NCBI GenBank assembly: GCA_001799615.1
Contig: MGTU01000021.1
Location: 27,268 to 91,267, forward strand
Direction of reading: 5' to 3'
Source of the DNA: Elusimicrobia bacterium GWA2_61_42
GTDB lineage: Bacteria > Elusimicrobiota > Elusimicrobia > Elusimicrobiales > UBA9959
DNA length: 64,000 nt
Shown here: positions 60,432 through 64,000 of the stretch, one piece after another
Position numbering within the stretch: position 1 is the first letter of the stretch
Layout: each line of letters starts with the position of its first letter
Notes under the pieces: model-generated
The model's input: the letters and a program-made list of their open reading frames with translations, nothing else
Told to the model about the DNA's origin: nothing
Database searches by the model: none
Position numbers and translations under genes: made by a program

Positions 60432-61532
60432 CTATTTTTTTTCGTTCAGGAAGATCTGGATCTTCGCTTCTTTGCGGAGGTCCTTTATGTAAGAGCCGAG
60501 CTCGGAGGCGAAGGAGTTCTGCGACAGCACCTGCTCCAGGTCGTCCTTGACGGCCTCGTACCGGAGTTTCTGCGCGGCGCGCTTTTCCTCCAGGCGGAGG
60601 ATGTGCCAGCCGAACTTGCTTTCCACCGGCTGGGAGTTGTCGCCCACCTGCATTTTGAAGGCGGCGGTCTCCACCTCGGCGGGGAGCATGCCTTTGACCA
60701 CGTAGCCCAGGTCCCCGGCGCGGGCGGCGCTTTCCTTGTCGTCCGAATTCTTTATCACGGCGTCGTCGAAGTCGAGCTTGCCGTCCAGGTCCTTGCGCAG
60801 CGCCAGGGCTTTCGCCTGGGCGGCTTTCTTCTCTTCCGGGGCGGCGCCTTCTTTGACCTTTATGAGGATGTGGCGCAGGCGCAGGCGCTCGGAGGTGAGC
60901 TCTTTGAAGCGGCCCGCCACGGCCAGCAGGTCCTGCATGTCTTCCTCGTTGAGGCCTTTTATCGCGGCTTCTTCGCCGTTAAGGACCAGGCTGATATTGT
61001 CGAAGTAAGCTTTGGTCTCGGCGTCGCCGGGCATCTTGGCGCGGGTCCTTACGGTGTCCTGCACCAGCTTCTGCACCATCAGCTGCTTGCGGATGCGCTC
61101 CCTGAACTCCTCCATCGTCACGCCTTCCCTCTTGAGTTCCTCGCGGAAGGCCGCTTCGGCTTTTTCGGGGGGCAGGGCTTCCCCGCCCGGGGCGCGGCCG
61201 AAGCGCTTGCGGATCTCGGAGACGCCGTTCTCCAGCTCGCGTTCGTAAACCTTTACCTTCAGGGCTTCGGCTTTCTGCCGCAGCAGGGCCTCGTCCACCA
61301 GTTTGTCCAGGGCGGCTTTGGCCAGCTGCTCGCCGGCGTTGGGCTGCTTGAAGAAGTCCGGCATCGCCGCGGCGTACTGCTCGGCCAGGGCTTCCTTGGC
61401 CCGGTTGTAATCGGAAATGGTGACCGCTTCGTTGTTGACCCTGGCCGCCAGTTCTTCCACGACTTTCGCCGACGCGCTCAGGGCGCAGGCGCACAGCCCG
61501 GCCGCCAGCGCCAGTTTATTTATAGTTCTCAT
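60432..61532 (-). CDS. surA: SurA-like periplasmic chaperone/PPIase
   Basis: Signal peptide MRTINK...ASA; ARVNNEAVT; LDKLVDEALL-x-QKA; PpiC domain LRHILI...SDDKESA-x2-AGDLGY...SKFGWHILRL. Conserved surA-pdxA order. Confidence 0.8.
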   Translation of the reverse strand: MRTINKLALAAGLCACALSASAKVVEELAARVNNEAVTISDYNRAKEALAEQYAAAMPDFFKQPNAGEQLAKAALDKLVDEALLRQKAEALKVKVYERELENGVSEIRKRFGRAPGGEALPPEKAEAAFREELKREGVTMEEFRERIRKQLMVQKLVQDTVRTRAKMPGDAETKAYFDNISLVLNGEEAAIKGLNEEDMQDLLAVAGRFKELTSERLRLRHILIKVKEGAAPEEKKAAQAKALALRKDLDGKLDFDDAVIKNSDDKESAARAGDLGYVVKGMLPAEVETAAFKMQVGDNSQPVESKFGWHILRLEEKRAAQKLRYEAVKDDLEQVLSQNSFASELGSYIKDLRKEAKIQIFLNEKK

Positions 61533-62319
61533 CGAGGACCTCCACCTTGGCTTTTTCCTGGAACTTGGCCAGGTAACTGTCGAATTTCTTTTTTTCAAGG
61601 ATCTTGCGCACCCTGTCGAGGGAGGGCTCCCTTTCGCCCTTGTCCTGGGCCAGTTTCTTCAGGATGTGGAAGCCCAGCGGGGTCTTCACTATGCCCTGAA
61701 TCTCGCCGACGCGCATCTTGAAAGCCATGTCTTCCAGCTCCGGCATGAATTCCCCGTACATCACCGGCGGCAGGCGCACGGCTTCCTTGTCCAGGGAGAA
61801 TTCTTTCGCGGTCCGGTCGAAATCGGCCCCGGCCTTGATCTTCCGGATGACTTTTTCCGCTTCTTCGTAGCTGGGCAGCAGGATATGGGCCAGCGTCACC
61901 TTGTAGGGGTACTTCTGGTAATACTCCTCGGCTTCAGCGTCGGTAACTTTAAGCTCGTTCGCGCGCATATCCTCCACCCACATCTTGGTGAGCATGAAAT
62001 CCTTGTATTCCCCCAGGGTGGCGCGCATCTCGGCCTCTTTCTGTTTTACCCGGGCCTTGTAATCGTCGCCCGAGGCCACGCGGCTTTTTTTCGCGGCCAG
62101 CAGCATCAGCCGCTCGTGTATGAGCACGTCCAGGAACTGCCTGCGGCCGGGCTTGGTGGCCAGGTAGGCCTGGGCCGCGGGGCTGATCTCCATGAACTTT
62201 TCCTGCAGATAATTTTCGGTGATCTTTTCGGACCCGATCCGCGCCACCACTTTCCCGTCCTGCCCGCCGCAGGAGGAAAACGCCAGGGCCGTCAGAACGA
62301 GGGGTAAAAGTCTTTTCAT
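61516..62319 (-). CDS. PpiC/PrsA-type peptidyl-prolyl isomerase lipoprotein
   Basis: Lipobox FSSC after MKRLLPLVLTALA; VARIG...IT; LAHILL...F-x3-AKEFS...VKTPLGFHILK. Confidence 0.85.
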   Translation of the reverse strand: MKRLLPLVLTALAFSSCGGQDGKVVARIGSEKITENYLQEKFMEISPAAQAYLATKPGRRQFLDVLIHERLMLLAAKKSRVASGDDYKARVKQKEAEMRATLGEYKDFMLTKMWVEDMRANELKVTDAEAEEYYQKYPYKVTLAHILLPSYEEAEKVIRKIKAGADFDRTAKEFSLDKEAVRLPPVMYGEFMPELEDMAFKMRVGEIQGIVKTPLGFHILKKLAQDKGEREPSLDRVRKILEKKKFDSYLAKFQEKAKVEVLDENYK

Positions 62320-62405
62320 ATGGTGTAAATGTATCATTTTCGGGTTCTAACGGGCAATCGCGGGGAGACTAACTACTGCCAGCCCTCTTTTTATATAATC
62401 AATCT

Positions 62406-64000
62406 ATGGATTTCGTTAAAAGATTCCTGGATTACCTGGACGGGCTTTCCGCCCGCGAACTGGTCTTGAAGACCGTATACCTTATAGGCGCGGTCTCCGC
62501 GGTGCTCATCCTCGCCGCCTCGCTGATGATGCGCAAGGTCCTTTCCGATATCCCTTCCGTGGACAAGCTGGACGAGTACACCCCGTCCCTTACCACCTAC
62601 GTCTACGACATCAACAACCAGATCATCGCCGAATTCTCCGTGGAGAAACGCGCGATCCTGCCGCTCAGCAAGATCCCGGTGGATATGCAGAACGCCGTGA
62701 TAGCCATGGAGGACCAGAACTTCTTCCGGCACTGGGGCATTTCCCCCAGGGGCATCATGCGCGCCCTGCTGCGCGACATCCTGCACCGGCGCAGCGCGCA
62801 GGGCGGCTCCACGCTGACGCAGCAGTTGTCCAAGCTGATCTTCCTGAAGCCCGAGAAGACCATCAGCCGCAAGCTCAAGGAAATGATCCTGGCCCTGCAG
62901 ATAGAGCGGAACTTCTCCAAGTCCGAGATCCTGACGCTTTACCTGAACCAGATCTATTTCGGCAACGGCGTCTACGGGGTGCAGTCGGCCTCCAAGCTTT
63001 ACTTCGGCAAGGACGTCTCCGAGATGACGCTGGGCGAGTGCGCCCTGCTCACCGGCCTGATCCCCTCGCCGGAGCGGTTCTCCCCGTTCAACAACCTGGA
63101 AAAGGCCAGGCAGCGCCGCCGCCTGGTGCTGCAGCGCATGAAGGACGAGCATTTTATAGGCGAGAACGAGGCCCTGGCCGCCGCCTCGGAGCCCATTCCC
63201 ACCGAAAAGTCCACGCTGTTCGCCAGCCACGCGGCGTATTTCGTGGAATACGTGCGCCAGCAGCTCGAACCCCGCTACGGCACCGCCCAGCTCTGGAAGG
63301 GCGGCATGAAGATCTATACCACGCTGGACCTGGCCATGCAGGTGCCGGCGGAAGACATAATGGAGAAATACCTGGCCAGGTACGACGCCGACGCCGCCAA
63401 GAACAAGCCGGCCGAGGAGGCGAAAGCCAAGGACCAGGACTCCGAAGTGGAGAAAGCCTCCGTCACGCTGCAGGGCGCTTTCGTCATCCTCGACAACAGG
63501 ACCGGCGCGATAAAGGCCATGATAGGCGGCCGCAATTACCGCGACAGCAAATTCAACCGCGTCACGCAGGCGGCGCGCCAGCCCGGCTCCACCTTCAAGC
63601 CCATGGTCTGGATGTCGGCGCTGATGAACGGCTATACCCCGGCCAGCATCGTGGAAGACTCGCCGATGGCTTATTATTACGACGGCAAGGACTGGCGCCT
63701 GCTGGAGGGCGCCACGGACCAGTACGCCATCGACCTGGCCATACAGCCCTTCGTGGGCAACAAGGATTTCAAGATCTGGGTGCCCAGCGATTTCGACGGG
63801 AAAACGCAGGGCCGCATAACGCTGCGCCGCGGGCTGGAGTTGTCCAGGAACCTGGCCTCCATCTACCTGGTCACGCGGGTGGGCCCGACGATGGTGGCCG
63901 ACGTGGGGCACCGCGCCGGCATCAAGCGCAACCTGGAGGCCGTGCCCTCCATCGGCCTGGGCACCTCGCTGGTGACCCAGCTGGAGATGGCCAGTTCTTT
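62406..64000 (+). CDS. mrcA: Class A penicillin-binding protein 1A (3'-truncated by window edge)
   Basis: Absent from the ORF track because it has no stop in the window. My translation from ATG 62406 gives a TM, EDQNFFRHWG, QGGSTLTQQL, RKLKE, YLNQIYFG, and the SxxK motif RQPGSTFKP. Confidence 0.93.
   Translation, partial: MDFVKRFLDYLDGLSARELVLKTVYLIGAVSAVLILAASLMMRKVLSDIPSVDKLDEYTPSLTTYVYDINNQIIAEFSVEKRAILPLSKIPVDMQNAVIAMEDQNFFRHWGISPRGIMRALLRDILHRRSAQGGSTLTQQLSKLIFLKPEKTISRKLKEMILALQIERNFSKSEILTLYLNQIYFGNGVYGVQSASKLYFGKDVSEMTLGECALLTGLIPSPERFSPFNNLEKARQRRRLVLQRMKDEHFIGENEALAAASEPIPTEKSTLFASHAAYFVEYVRQQLEPRYGTAQLWKGGMKIYTTLDLAMQVPAEDIMEKYLARYDADAAKNKPAEEAKAKDQDSEVEKASVTLQGAFVILDNRTGAIKAMIGGRNYRDSKFNRVTQAARQPGSTFKPMVWMSALMNGYTPASIVEDSPMAYYYDGKDWRLLEGATDQYAIDLAIQPFVGNKDFKIWVPSDFDGKTQGRITLRRGLELSRNLASIYLVTRVGPTMVADVGHRAGIKRNLEAVPSIGLGTSLVTQLEMASS

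Noticed and set aside
62391-63911. 506-aa minus-strand ORF in the ORF track
   Set aside because: Antisense shadow of the plus-strand PBP1A, which has all the catalytic motifs.
1-64000. tRNA, rRNA or IS elements
   Set aside because: None recognised. The intergenic regions are short and explained by promoters, riboswitches and terminators.

Overview
High-GC window from a diderm bacterium, most likely Elusimicrobiota (inferred from the gene-family mix, not verified). From left to right it holds: (i) a surface-modification cluster of two radical-SAM genes (one fused to a membrane-anchored SGNH hydrolase) and three tandem TMTC-like GT-C/TPR glycosyltransferases; (ii) a 35.5-kb gene for an 11,824-aa secreted Ig-repeat protein ending in FN3 and a T9SS-CTD/FlgD-Ig-like sorting domain; (iii) a PorV-family barrel, a signal-peptide FliF(RBM3)-TM-FliG-TPR fusion, a long coiled-coil protein, flbD-motA-motB and a lipoprotein, with no flagellar export, rod, hook or filament genes in the window; (iv) housekeeping genes mnmA, ddl, pdxA, surA, a PPIase lipoprotein and a partial PBP1A. 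The giant gene and the porV gene each have a near-identical operator/sigma70 promoter followed by a GEMM-I riboswitch with A at position 20, the variant linked to 3',3'-cGAMP. TGTAAC-N5-TGTAAC-like boxes recur before the giant, porV and motor genes. Best candidate for a new system: a cyclic-dinucleotide-controlled, non-flagellar MotAB/FliF-FliG motor coupled to T9SS-like export or movement of a giant adhesin. All domain calls come from reading motifs by eye; no searches were run.
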